A stretch of 48,729 nt of DNA from an uncultured Candidatus Saccharibacteria bacterium. GTDB lineage: Bacteria; Patescibacteriota; Minisyncoccia; Sungbacterales; HO2-52-23. Numbering within the stretch: the first letter of the stretch is position 1; every line of letters begins with the position of its first letter. The translations under genes were made by a program, and so were the position numbers. Shown piece after piece: positions 14,838-23,023 of this stretch. The stretch covers positions 1 through 48,729 of the forward strand of contig CAYJOT010000001.1 in the NCBI GenBank assembly GCA_964371935.1. The letters run 5' to 3'. Below the pieces are notes generated by a model, which was not told the origin of the DNA, did not search any database, and saw only the letters and a program-made list of their open reading frames with translations.

Positions 14838-17800
14838 ATGAAATTCACCCATCTCCATGTCCACTCCCATTATAGCCTGCTTGACGGTTTGTCAAAAATC
14901 GACGAGCTGGTAAACCGCGCGGCGGAACTGGGCATGGACTCGCTGGCACTCACCGATCACGGCAATATGTATGGGGCTATCGAGTTTTATCAGAAATGCA
15001 AGAAAGCCGGAATCAAGCCTATTATCGGATGCGAGATGTACATTGCCGCCGGAAATATGCGGGACAAAAACCCGGGCGTGGATGACAAGCGGTATCATCT
15101 GACCGTGCTTGCCTCCTCGACCCAAGGATACCAAAATCTCATCAAGCTTGCGTCTGCCGCGCATCTCGAAGGTTTTTATTACAAGCCGCGCGTGGACAAA
15201 GATCTCCTTGCCAAATACTCGGCGGGACTTATCGCGCTCTCCGGCTGTCCGGCAAGCGAGATTTCGCGGGCGCTGCAATATAAAAAACCGGTCATTGCCG
15301 AAAAGCTTGTTCGTGAATACCAGGACATCTTTGGCAAAGAAAATTTCTATCTCGAGGTTCAGCCGCATAAGACCGCGGATCAGCCGCTTGTGAATGCGGG
15401 ATTGATCGCGCTCGCCCCAAAAGTTGGCGCCGAACTGGTTGCCACCAACGATATTCATTACACGCGAGCTGATGATGCGGACGCGCAGGATATTCTGGTT
15501 TCGGTACAGACCGGAAACCGAGTCCATGACGAAGACCGACTCACTATGAAAGGCACGGATCTCTCGATGCGCTCAGGCAGCGAGATGGCATTACTTTTTC
15601 CGGACACGCCCGAGGCGATTGCAAATACGGTTGAGATCGCGGATCGCGTGCACATTGACATAGAGCTTGGCAAAACCCACCTGCCGCATTTTGACGTGCC
15701 AAAGCAATACGATCCGGACTCATATCTAAAAGAGCTTTGCGAGCGGGGTGTTTTGCGACGCTACCAAATTCCTGTATCGGAACTTGAAGCGCGCCCTGAG
15801 TATGCACAACTCAAAGACCGGCTCGCCTACGAGCTTCGCGTGATTAAGGAAACGGGATTTGCGTCGTACTTTTTGATCGTGCAGGATTTTGTGAACTGGG
15901 CAAAAGAGCACCATATCGTAGTGGGTCCGGGGCGCGGATCCGCGGCCGGATCCCTCGTTTCTTACCTTCTTAATATTATAAACATTGATCCGCTCAAGTA
16001 TAATCTCCTCTTTGAGCGTTTCTTAAATCCGGAGCGCATCTCCATGCCCGATATTGATATTGATTTTGCCGATACGCGGCGCGACGAGGTGATTGAGTAT
16101 GTTGCGCAAAAATACGGGCGCGACCACGTGGCGCAGATCATCACGTTCGGCACCATGGCGGCGCGCGCGGCAATCCGCGATACGGGCCGGGCGCTTGGCA
16201 TTGCGTACGGCTTCTGCGACCAGCTTGCCAAACTCATCCCGTTCAACCCGACACAAGGCACGAAAGTCGGCTGGCTCAAAAAATCGCTCGAAACCGTAGG
16301 CGAACTCAAAGGCCTCTACGAGCGCGACCCTGAAGTGAAACGGCTGATTGACGCCGCCATCAAATTAGAGGGCGTTGCGCGCCATGCATCCACGCACGCA
16401 TGCGGCGTCGTGATGTCGCCCCGTCCACTGCAGGAATACGTGCCGCTGCAGCTTGCCACCAAGCACGGCGAGAAGAAAAATGGCGCCAGAGAAAATCAGA
16501 TTGTTGTCACACAATATGATATGAAAGCAGTCGCAGATCTCGGTTTGTTGCAAATGGATTTTCTCGGTCTCCGCAACTTGAGCATTATTGAGCATGCCTT
16601 GCGCCTGATCGAGCAAACTCACGGCACCCGAATCGCCATTGAAGATATCGCGCTCGACGATCCGGCCGTCTTCAGATTGTTTCAACGCGGAGAAACAACC
16701 GGCCTGTTCCAGTTTGAGTCGGGTGGGATGCGCCGCTATCTGAAAGAGCTGAAGCCCACCGAGCTTGAAGATTTGATCGCCATGGTGGCGCTGTACCGCC
16801 CCGGACCTATGGAGTTGATCCCTTCCTACATCAAGCGCAAGCAAAAACTTGAGCGCGTGGAGTATCTGCATCCGAAACTCGCGCCCATCCTGGGCAACAC
16901 CTACGGTATCGGCGTGTACCAAGAACAGATGATGCAGATCACCCGCGACCTGGCAGGGTTCAACCTGTCAGAGGCCGACACCATGCGCCGTGCCATCGGC
17001 AAAAAAATAAAATCACTCCTCGACGAGCAGGGCGAGAAGCTTATTCGCGGCATGATCAAAAACGGCATTGACGAGCGCACCGCCAAGGCGATCTGGGAAC
17101 TCTTTCCGCCGTTCGCGCGCTACGGCTTCAACCGGTCGCATGCGGCATGCTACGCGCTCATCGCCTACCAAACCGGCTGGCTCAAGGCGCATTACCCAAC
17201 CGAGTTCATGACCGCGACGCTTGCCGCCGAAAGCACCGATGTCGAGAAGATCGCATTTTTTGTGGAGGAGGCGCACACCATGGGTATCGAAGTCCTTGGC
17301 CCCTACGTCAACGAGAGCTTTGCAAGCTTTGCCATGGTCGCGGACAAAAAAATCCGCTTTGGCCTCGGCGCCATCAAAAATGTCGGGTCAAATATCGTTG
17401 ATGCGATCATTACCGAGCGCGAAGCCCGCGGCCGCTTCTCTTCCCTTACCGATTTTGCCGAGCGCGTAAAGCACAAAGATTTCAACAAAAAGTCGCTTGA
17501 GTCGCTCATCAAGTGCGGGGCGCTGGACGAGCTTGGCGAGCGCAACCAACTCCTTGCTAATCTCGAGACCATACTCGAATTCAATCGCGAGACGCAAAAA
17601 GCCCAGAGCGGAGGTCAGGCAAGTTTATTCAGCATGGCACCTGAAGTGCAACTGGCATCCTTTCGCCTCAAACCCGCGGACCCGGCGGAAAAGCGCGACC
17701 GGCTACAGTGGGAACGCGAACTTCTCGGACTGTATGTAAGCGAACACCCGTTTCAGGATTATGCCGAAAAATTTAAATCGAAAAACGTGATAGCGCTCAA

Positions 17801-18071
17801 AGATCTCACGGCCAATATGCGCAATCAGAAAGTTTTCGTCGGCGGTTTGGTCAGCGGCATCCAAAAAATAGTTACCAAGTCCGGAGAGCCAATGTTATTC
17901 GTCAAACTGGAAGACATAGCCGGCAGGACCGAGATACTGGTGTTTCCCAAGACACTCGCAAAAAACCCAGCGGTCTGGCAGGAAGAAAAAATACTCCTCG
18001 TCCGCGGCCGGGTCTCGGACAAAGACGGCGCCCCGAAGATACTATGCGAGGATGCAGTGGAAATGATTTAA
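14838..18071 (+). CDS. dnaE: DNA polymerase III alpha subunit
   Basis: It begins with the PHP domain MKFTHLHVHSHYSLLDG and continues as a full-length DnaE-like sequence. An alternative ATG lies at 14826. The ORF-track N-terminal extension is antisense to rnhB. Confidence 0.95.
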   Translation: MKFTHLHVHSHYSLLDGLSKIDELVNRAAELGMDSLALTDHGNMYGAIEFYQKCKKAGIKPIIGCEMYIAAGNMRDKNPGVDDKRYHLTVLASSTQGYQNLIKLASAAHLEGFYYKPRVDKDLLAKYSAGLIALSGCPASEISRALQYKKPVIAEKLVREYQDIFGKENFYLEVQPHKTADQPLVNAGLIALAPKVGAELVATNDIHYTRADDADAQDILVSVQTGNRVHDEDRLTMKGTDLSMRSGSEMALLFPDTPEAIANTVEIADRVHIDIELGKTHLPHFDVPKQYDPDSYLKELCERGVLRRYQIPVSELEARPEYAQLKDRLAYELRVIKETGFASYFLIVQDFVNWAKEHHIVVGPGRGSAAGSLVSYLLNIINIDPLKYNLLFERFLNPERISMPDIDIDFADTRRDEVIEYVAQKYGRDHVAQIITFGTMAARAAIRDTGRALGIAYGFCDQLAKLIPFNPTQGTKVGWLKKSLETVGELKGLYERDPEVKRLIDAAIKLEGVARHASTHACGVVMSPRPLQEYVPLQLATKHGEKKNGARENQIVVTQYDMKAVADLGLLQMDFLGLRNLSIIEHALRLIEQTHGTRIAIEDIALDDPAVFRLFQRGETTGLFQFESGGMRRYLKELKPTELEDLIAMVALYRPGPMELIPSYIKRKQKLERVEYLHPKLAPILGNTYGIGVYQEQMMQITRDLAGFNLSEADTMRRAIGKKIKSLLDEQGEKLIRGMIKNGIDERTAKAIWELFPPFARYGFNRSHAACYALIAYQTGWLKAHYPTEFMTATLAAESTDVEKIAFFVEEAHTMGIEVLGPYVNESFASFAMVADKKIRFGLGAIKNVGSNIVDAIITEREARGRFSSLTDFAERVKHKDFNKKSLESLIKCGALDELGERNQLLANLETILEFNRETQKAQSGGQASLFSMAPEVQLASFRLKPADPAEKRDRLQWERELLGLYVSEHPFQDYAEKFKSKNVIALKDLTANMRNQKVFVGGLVSGIQKIVTKSGEPMLFVKLEDIAGRTEILVFPKTLAKNPAVWQEEKILLVRGRVSDKDGAPKILCEDAVEMI

Positions 18072-18107
18072 CTTCACGGAAACCTATTTGCCATGCTCAA
18101 TATATTT

Positions 18108-18147
18108 TATTATACTATGTTTGCCGATCGGTCAACATAGTGATATA
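18108..18147. repeat. CGATCG-centred palindrome, copy C (diverged class 1)
   Basis: The core is ACTATGTTTGCCGATCGGTCAACATAGT, with arms extending to ...TATTATACT and GTGATATAA. It lies 37 nt after the dnaE stop and covers the paralog 2 promoter. Confidence 0.8.
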
Positions 18148-18149
18148 AA
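18121..18149 (+). promoter_or_regulatory. Candidate extended -10 promoter of paralog 2, embedded in palindrome C
   Basis: TTGCCG (18121-18126), a 17-nt spacer, then TGaTATAAA (-10 at 18144-18149), with the ATG at 18164. An alternative is TTGCCA (18088-18093), 17 nt, TATACT (18111-18116). Confidence 0.4.
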
Positions 18150-18163
18150 ATAATTTTAAATTT

Positions 18164-18718
18164 ATGAAATATGGTGCCCTAACAAAAGCCATTCTTGAGC
18201 GCCTTGCTGAATCAGGCAAGGGCATGATTGAGACGCTCCTGTCCCCGCAGCACCCGAAGGCAAAATTTACTCGGACCGTATTGAGTGCTTATGATACACG
18301 TTACTCTTCTCATCCTGCGGCAAAACATGCCCTCTCCGCCACGCTGTGCCGCCTGAAAAAACAAGGACTGGTTGCAAGCACCGGACCGAAAAAGAAGACG
18401 GAATGGACAATTACCAAAGAGGGTAGAAAATTCTTAAAACACCCCCCACTCCATACAACGAGTAGCGCATATGAACTTCCTCCCGAAGACAATATCATTC
18501 GCCTCGTTACTTTCGATATTCCGGAAAAAGAGAAAAGGAAGCGCCGATGGCTTCGGGCCGAACTACTCTCATGTGGTTTTAGTCCTCTTCACAAAAGCGT
18601 GTTTACCGGAAAGCGGCCTCTGCCGGACGGCTTTATAAAAAATATTGACCGGCTCGGTTTGAACAAGTACACCCATATCATCGGCATTGAAAAATCAGGC
18701 ACTCTTGGCCAAAGATAG
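18164..18718 (+). CDS. Winged-helix plus Cas2-fold (PaaX-like) DNA-binding protein, paralog 2
   Basis: A 184-aa ORF with ALSATLCRLKKQGLV (wHTH-like) and LVTFDIPEKEKRKRRWLRAELLSCGFSPLHKSVFTG. It aligns with 5650-6198. Confidence 0.8.
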   Translation: MKYGALTKAILERLAESGKGMIETLLSPQHPKAKFTRTVLSAYDTRYSSHPAAKHALSATLCRLKKQGLVASTGPKKKTEWTITKEGRKFLKHPPLHTTSSAYELPPEDNIIRLVTFDIPEKEKRKRRWLRAELLSCGFSPLHKSVFTGKRPLPDGFIKNIDRLGLNKYTHIIGIEKSGTLGQR

Positions 18719-18739
18719 CCGGTACAATCGGGTATATTT

Positions 18740-18781
18740 TATATCACTGTTCTGACCGATCGAACAAGATAGTGATAGAAA
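18740..18781. repeat. CGATCG-centred palindrome, copy B (class 1)
   Basis: The sequence is TATATCACTGTTCTGACCGATCGAACAAGATAGTGATAGAAA. It matches copy A at 39/42 positions and starts 22 nt after the paralog 2 stop. Confidence 0.85.
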
Positions 18782-18860
18782 TCCCTTTGCTGGTCTCCTG
18801 TCGATTGTACACAACCAAAACTGCTGCATGTCTCTTGCGCGCAAGAACGGCCACGTGCCA

Positions 18861-18890
18861 TTGACACCATGATCGAGTATTTACTACTAT
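18861..18890 (+). promoter_or_regulatory. Candidate promoter of the Thr-leader transcript
   Basis: TTGACA (18861-18866), an 18-nt spacer, then TACTAT (18885-18890). The leader ATG is 12 nt downstream. A perfect 14-bp palindrome TCTTGCGCGCAAGA lies at 18833-18846. Confidence 0.5.
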
Positions 18891-18902
18891 ACCCTCATAC
18901 GT

Positions 18903-18968
18903 ATGAAAATAAGCAGAAGCCAAACAACGACCACTACGACCGACATAAGACCCTCTGATTCGAGGTAG
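18903..18968 (+). CDS. Candidate leader peptide MKISRSQTTTTTTDIRPSDSR with six consecutive Thr codons
   Basis: The ATG is at 18903. Thr codons ACA ACG ACC ACT ACG ACC occupy 18924-18941. The UAG stop at 18966-18968 lies inside a hairpin segment. The ORF is too short for the ORF track. Confidence 0.45.
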   Translation: MKISRSQTTTTTTDIRPSDSR

Positions 18969-18990
18969 TGGTTTTGTTAGGAGAATAATA

Positions 18991-19034
18991 AAACAAACCC
19001 CCACAACCCTCGACTCGGGGGTTGTTTCTTTTTT
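18991..19034 (+). terminator. Intrinsic terminator, proposed attenuator segments 3:4
   Basis: AAACAAACCCCC (18991-19002) pairs with GGGGGTTGTTT (19017-19027) with one bulged A, followed by CTTTTTT (19028-19034). The HAD gene ATG follows at 19035. Confidence 0.75.
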
Positions 19035-19579
19035 ATGGATAAAGTTTTTACTAACATCTTCTTTGATTTTGACAGCACTCTCATACGAGGTGAGGGTTTG
19101 GATTTGCTTGGCGACTTGCGTGGTGTGGGAAAAAAGTACGAAAGATGACTGAGTCGGCAATGAATGGCGTAGTTCCAATGGAACTGGTCTTTAAGCAAAA
19201 GGTTGACCTTATCGCTCCCACATTATCCGATGTACACAAAATAAGTATGCAATGCGCGGACTTGTTGGTGGAAGATGCGAAGGGAATTGTTGGCGCCTTT
19301 CATGCACTCGGCAAGAAAGTATACGTTCTCTCTTCAAACTTTCACCACATTATTGACCCAGTTGCGGCAATCCTTGCCATACCGCAAGAGCGAATTATTG
19401 CGAATGATCTCTACTTTGACAAGGCGGGAAATTATCACGGCTTTAATCATGTCTCTCCTTTATGTTGCGGTTCCGGGAAAGCCGTCATGCTTCAGAAATA
19501 CGCTAAGAGCGGAGAACGCTGCGTGTTTATAGGAGACGGGAGTACCGATCTTTATGATACTTACCCCGGCCGAGATTAA
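19035..19579 (+). pseudogene. HAD-superfamily phosphatase (SerB/ThrH-like), frameshifted in an A6 run and C-terminally short
   Basis: Frame A reads MDKVFTNIFFDFDSTLIRGEGLDLLGDLRGVGKK, which includes HAD motif I, and then stops. Frame B continues VRKMTESAMNG...FIGDGSTD, which includes motif IV. The frames join if one A is added to AAAAAA at 19130-19135. Confidence 0.7.
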
Positions 19580-19785
19580 CCAGTTGGGTAAAATTGGATT
19601 AAGGAGTCCTACAACCTCGTCTTAAGAGACTTTCGCCTTCTCAAAATGGGCGCGAAGCCACACCTGCGGGCAAGGAGTCTCTGTTATCTTGGCTTCGACG
19701 TGAAGTTGAACAGTGTATACATGCACGACCTCCTGCGATTCGTGATTTGTTTCGGATAGTTAACCGGGCATGGACGAGTTCGGAT

Positions 19786-20118
19786 ATGCCTCGCGTATAC
19801 GCGCCAGAAACTATTCGCGCCGCTCGCTTCATTGTGGATAACTTCAGAGACCACACGGAAAAAGAGGAGTCGCGCGATTGGCTCGCCTTTGCCTTTGAAC
19901 TTGAGGCGTGTCTCAGTTGTATCGAATACTCATGGCCACTCAATGTCACAAGTTACGGCGTGTATAAAGGATGCTGGGTTGAAGTCGGCAGATTGCCGAT
20001 TGCAAAAATCCAGAGTACGGAACTCGTAGTTGTGAAGCGAGTGCTTGCCGAACTGATGAACATCAGAACCAAAGGCTTCGCGCCGATCATCGTGAATGAG
20101 TGCGGAGATTCTCACTGA
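19786..20118 (+). CDS. Hypothetical protein (110 aa)
   Basis: An ORF starting at an ATG (MPRVYAPETIRAARF...). No recognisable motif. A terminator follows at 20279-20320. Confidence 0.45.
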   Translation: MPRVYAPETIRAARFIVDNFRDHTEKEESRDWLAFAFELEACLSCIEYSWPLNVTSYGVYKGCWVEVGRLPIAKIQSTELVVVKRVLAELMNIRTKGFAPIIVNECGDSH

Positions 20119-20278
20119 CGTAGACATGCGGCAGATATTGGCGATTGAAGTTTTGCCCCATGTTGGATATTATCACCCCGTCACGTACTTACCGGTGCTT
20201 CTTCTTCCCGAATACTCCTGCGGTGCAGTCATGAAAGCGATGTATGATCGACGGTAGTCCTTCCCTGACAGTCAGTAC

Positions 20279-20320
20279 GGCTCGCTGAGATTATATCAAC
20301 GCGAGCCCTCCCTTTTTATT
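20279..20320 (+). terminator. Intrinsic terminator upstream of thrS
   Basis: GGCTCGC (20279-20285) pairs with GCGAGCC (20301-20307), followed by CTCCCTTTTTATT. Confidence 0.6.
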
Positions 20321-20344
20321 ATTAATTATGATAAGGTTAAAAAT

Positions 20345-22069
20345 ATGAAAAATCTTGAACATATTCGCCATTCGTTGGCACATTTGCTTGCGGCATCGGT
20401 ACTGGAGTTGTGGCCCAATACGAAGCATGCGATAGGACCGGCGATTGCGGACGGGTTTTATTTTGATTTTGAGTTTGGGCAGCCGCTTTTGGAAAGCGAT
20501 TTAGCGAAAATTGAGGCAAAGATGCGGGAATTGCTGCCTACGTGGGAGAAATTCGAGCGCAGAGAAATGAGTAGAGAAGACGCAGAGGAATTCTACAAAG
20601 ATAATCCTTACAAACGCGAGCTTATTGATGAGTTTGAACAAAAGGGAGAAGTAATCACTTTCTATAAATCCGGGCTGTATCAAGATCTCTGCCGCGGAGG
20701 GCATGTGGGGGATATTAAAGATATTGATCTGGATGCGTTCAAGCTTACCCGGATTGCGGGCGCGTATTGGCGCGGCAGTGAAAAAAAACCCATGCTCACG
20801 CGGATCTACGGGCTGGCGTTTTCGACTAAAGAAGAACTGGAGCAGCATCTTGCACTGATGGAAGAAGCGAAAAAACGAGATCATAAAAAACTCGGGCCAG
20901 AGCTTGATTTGTTTACCTTTTCCGAATTGGTCGGGCCGGGACTGCCGCTCTGGACCCCAAAAGGAGCGCTTTTGCGCGATATACTCGACAATTTAGTCTG
21001 GAAACTCCGCAAGCAAAAGGGATATGAGCGCGTAGATATTCCGCACATCGCCAAAAAAGATTTGTACGAAACCAGCGGGCACTGGGATAAGTTTAAGGAC
21101 GATCTTTTTAGAATCACTACGCGCGAGGGGCACTTGTTTGCCATGAAGCCCATGAATTGTCCGCACCACGCGCAGATTTATGCCCGAAAACAGTGGAGCT
21201 ATCGCGAACTTCCGCAGCGCTACGCAAGCACCACCAAAGTATACCGCGATGAGCAATCCGGCGAACTGGCCGGGCTTTCGCGCGTGCTTTCCATTACGCA
21301 GGACGATGCGCATGTTTTTTGCCGCCAGGGCCAGATTAAAGAAGAAATGGGAAAGATATGGGATATTATTACCATGTTCTATAACCAGATCGGGTTTACT
21401 CTTGATATACGCCTTTCCTTGCGCGATCCCAAAGAGCCGGAAAAATATCTTGGCAGTCCCGCAGTTTGGGAAGCCGCGGAACAAATACTCCGCGAACTCG
21501 TAAAAGAAAAAGGCGCAGTCGCTATTGAAGCGCCCGGCGAAGCCGCATTTTATGGACCGAAGATCGACTTCATGGCGCATGACTCGCTCCGGCGCGAATG
21601 GCAGGTTGCGACCATTCAGCTCGATATGAATCAGCCGGAGCGGTTTGATCTCTACTGCATTGACGAGAGCGGCAAAAAAGAACGCATAGTCATGATACAC
21701 GCCGCGATCATGGGATCAATCGAGCGGTTTCTCTCCATCCTTATCGAGCACTATGCGGGCGTGTTTCCCTTTTGGCTGGCGCCGGTGCAGGTTGCAATTT
21801 TGCCGGTGAGCGAAAAATTTCAGGAGTACGCAGAATCAATTTTGCAAAACTTGCACGAGCATGATATCCGCGCGGAACTTGACGCATCCAACGAAACGCT
21901 CGGCAAAAAAATCCGGGCGGCCGAACTGCAAAAAATCCCCTACCTGCTTGTTATCGGCCAGCGCGAACAGGAATCGTACACTGTTTCGGTGCGCGAGCGC
22001 GGCATTGGCGATTTGGGCGCAATGACTGTAGATGAGTTCCTCGCCGTATGCGACAACGCCAAAAATTGA
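20345..22069 (+). CDS. thrS: Threonyl-tRNA synthetase (no N-terminal TGS domain)
   Basis: It starts in the SAD/editing-type region (HIRHSLAHLLAASV) and has a class II catalytic core plus an anticodon-binding domain. Length 574 aa. Confidence 0.93.
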   Translation: MKNLEHIRHSLAHLLAASVLELWPNTKHAIGPAIADGFYFDFEFGQPLLESDLAKIEAKMRELLPTWEKFERREMSREDAEEFYKDNPYKRELIDEFEQKGEVITFYKSGLYQDLCRGGHVGDIKDIDLDAFKLTRIAGAYWRGSEKKPMLTRIYGLAFSTKEELEQHLALMEEAKKRDHKKLGPELDLFTFSELVGPGLPLWTPKGALLRDILDNLVWKLRKQKGYERVDIPHIAKKDLYETSGHWDKFKDDLFRITTREGHLFAMKPMNCPHHAQIYARKQWSYRELPQRYASTTKVYRDEQSGELAGLSRVLSITQDDAHVFCRQGQIKEEMGKIWDIITMFYNQIGFTLDIRLSLRDPKEPEKYLGSPAVWEAAEQILRELVKEKGAVAIEAPGEAAFYGPKIDFMAHDSLRREWQVATIQLDMNQPERFDLYCIDESGKKERIVMIHAAIMGSIERFLSILIEHYAGVFPFWLAPVQVAILPVSEKFQEYAESILQNLHEHDIRAELDASNETLGKKIRAAELQKIPYLLVIGQREQESYTVSVRERGIGDLGAMTVDEFLAVCDNAKN

Positions 22070-22956
22070 TCGTGATTGTAGGCCCTACGGCTTCAGGCAA
22101 GTCGGAACTGGCAATTAAGATTGCCAAGAAATATAATGGTGAAATTATTTCGGCAGACTCCCGGCAAGTGTATCGCGGACTGGATATTGGCACGGCAAAA
22201 GTGAATGGTAAGTGGAAAGATGGAATATTTACCTATAAAAAAATTCCTCACCACTGCATCGACTTCGTATCCCCGGCAAAAACATATAGCGTTGCCGAGT
22301 TTGAGCAGCACGCAGCGCAAGCGATTCGAGATATCGCGCAGCGCGGGAAAATTCCCATTGTTGCCGGCGGAACCGGTCTGTGGGTTGATGCGCTCATCTA
22401 TGGCTGGTGCCTGCCGCGCATAGCGCCGGACATCAAATTACGCGCACGACTCGAGAAAAAAACCGCGGCGCAGCTCTTGTCCATACTCAAACGGCTTGAC
22501 CAGAGGCGCGCCGAGACTATTGAACAAAAAAATCCGCGGCGGCTTATCCGCGCGATCGAAATCGCGCGGGCGCTCGGATCAGTGCCGGAACTAAAAAAAC
22601 GCGCCATATACGATACGCGTATAATCGGGCTCAACCCGACTGCTTTGATATTGGAAAAACGAATCCGCAATCGCAGCCGGCGCATGATCCGCGAGGGATT
22701 CATCTCCGAGATTAAAAAACTGCGCGACATTAACATCAGCAAAAAACGAATCCGTGAATTCGGCTTTGAATACCGCGCCGGACTTGAGTATCTGGACGGC
22801 ACGCTTTCCCAGGCCGGACTGCTTGAGCGCATCACGGTCCAGACCCGCCAATATGCCAAACGCCAGATGACGTGGTTCAAGCGCAATCCCGACATAATCT
22901 GGAATCCGTCGGCACGCGAGATAGAGACGGGGCTCACACACTTCACGTCATCATGA
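22048..22956 (+). CDS. miaA: tRNA dimethylallyltransferase
   Basis: It carries LIVIVGPTASGKSELAI and ISADSRQVYRGLDIGTAK. It overlaps the thrS 3' end by 22 nt. Confidence 0.92.
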   Translation: MRQRQKLIVIVGPTASGKSELAIKIAKKYNGEIISADSRQVYRGLDIGTAKVNGKWKDGIFTYKKIPHHCIDFVSPAKTYSVAEFEQHAAQAIRDIAQRGKIPIVAGGTGLWVDALIYGWCLPRIAPDIKLRARLEKKTAAQLLSILKRLDQRRAETIEQKNPRRLIRAIEIARALGSVPELKKRAIYDTRIIGLNPTALILEKRIRNRSRRMIREGFISEIKKLRDINISKKRIREFGFEYRAGLEYLDGTLSQAGLLERITVQTRQYAKRQMTWFKRNPDIIWNPSAREIETGLTHFTSS

Positions 22957-23009
22957 ACGCAGTGAAGGATCTCTAGATTCTTCTCCGCCAACTGGCGGAT
23001 CAGAATGAC
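22947..23009. repeat. Modular REP-like element, copy 1 (GTCATCATGAACGCAGTGAAGGATCTC...AGATTCTTC...CAGAATGAC), carrying the CCGCCAACTGGCGG hairpin module
   Basis: Its first 27 nt match copy 2 (38819-38845) at 26/27. It supplies the last codons and the TGA stop of miaA. Confidence 0.75.
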
Positions 23010-23023
23010 TAAGGGGGCGGTCA

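Noticed and set aside
18929-18973. tRNA-like minihelix or tRNA remnant (CCACTAC...GATTCGAGGTAGTGG)
   Set aside because: It has only a 7-9-bp stem and a poor T-arm, with no D arm or anticodon arm. It is better explained as the 1:2 hairpin of the proposed attenuator.
18744-19198. Minus-strand ORFs of 144 aa and 73 aa
   Set aside because: They cover palindrome B, the leader and attenuator region, and the HAD gene start on the opposite strand. They have no motifs and poor composition.
20259-20344. T-box or other leader regulating thrS
   Set aside because: The spacer is only ~85 nt and holds one plain terminator hairpin. I could find no specifier loop or T-box sequence (GGTGGNACCGCG-like) between 19580 and 20344.
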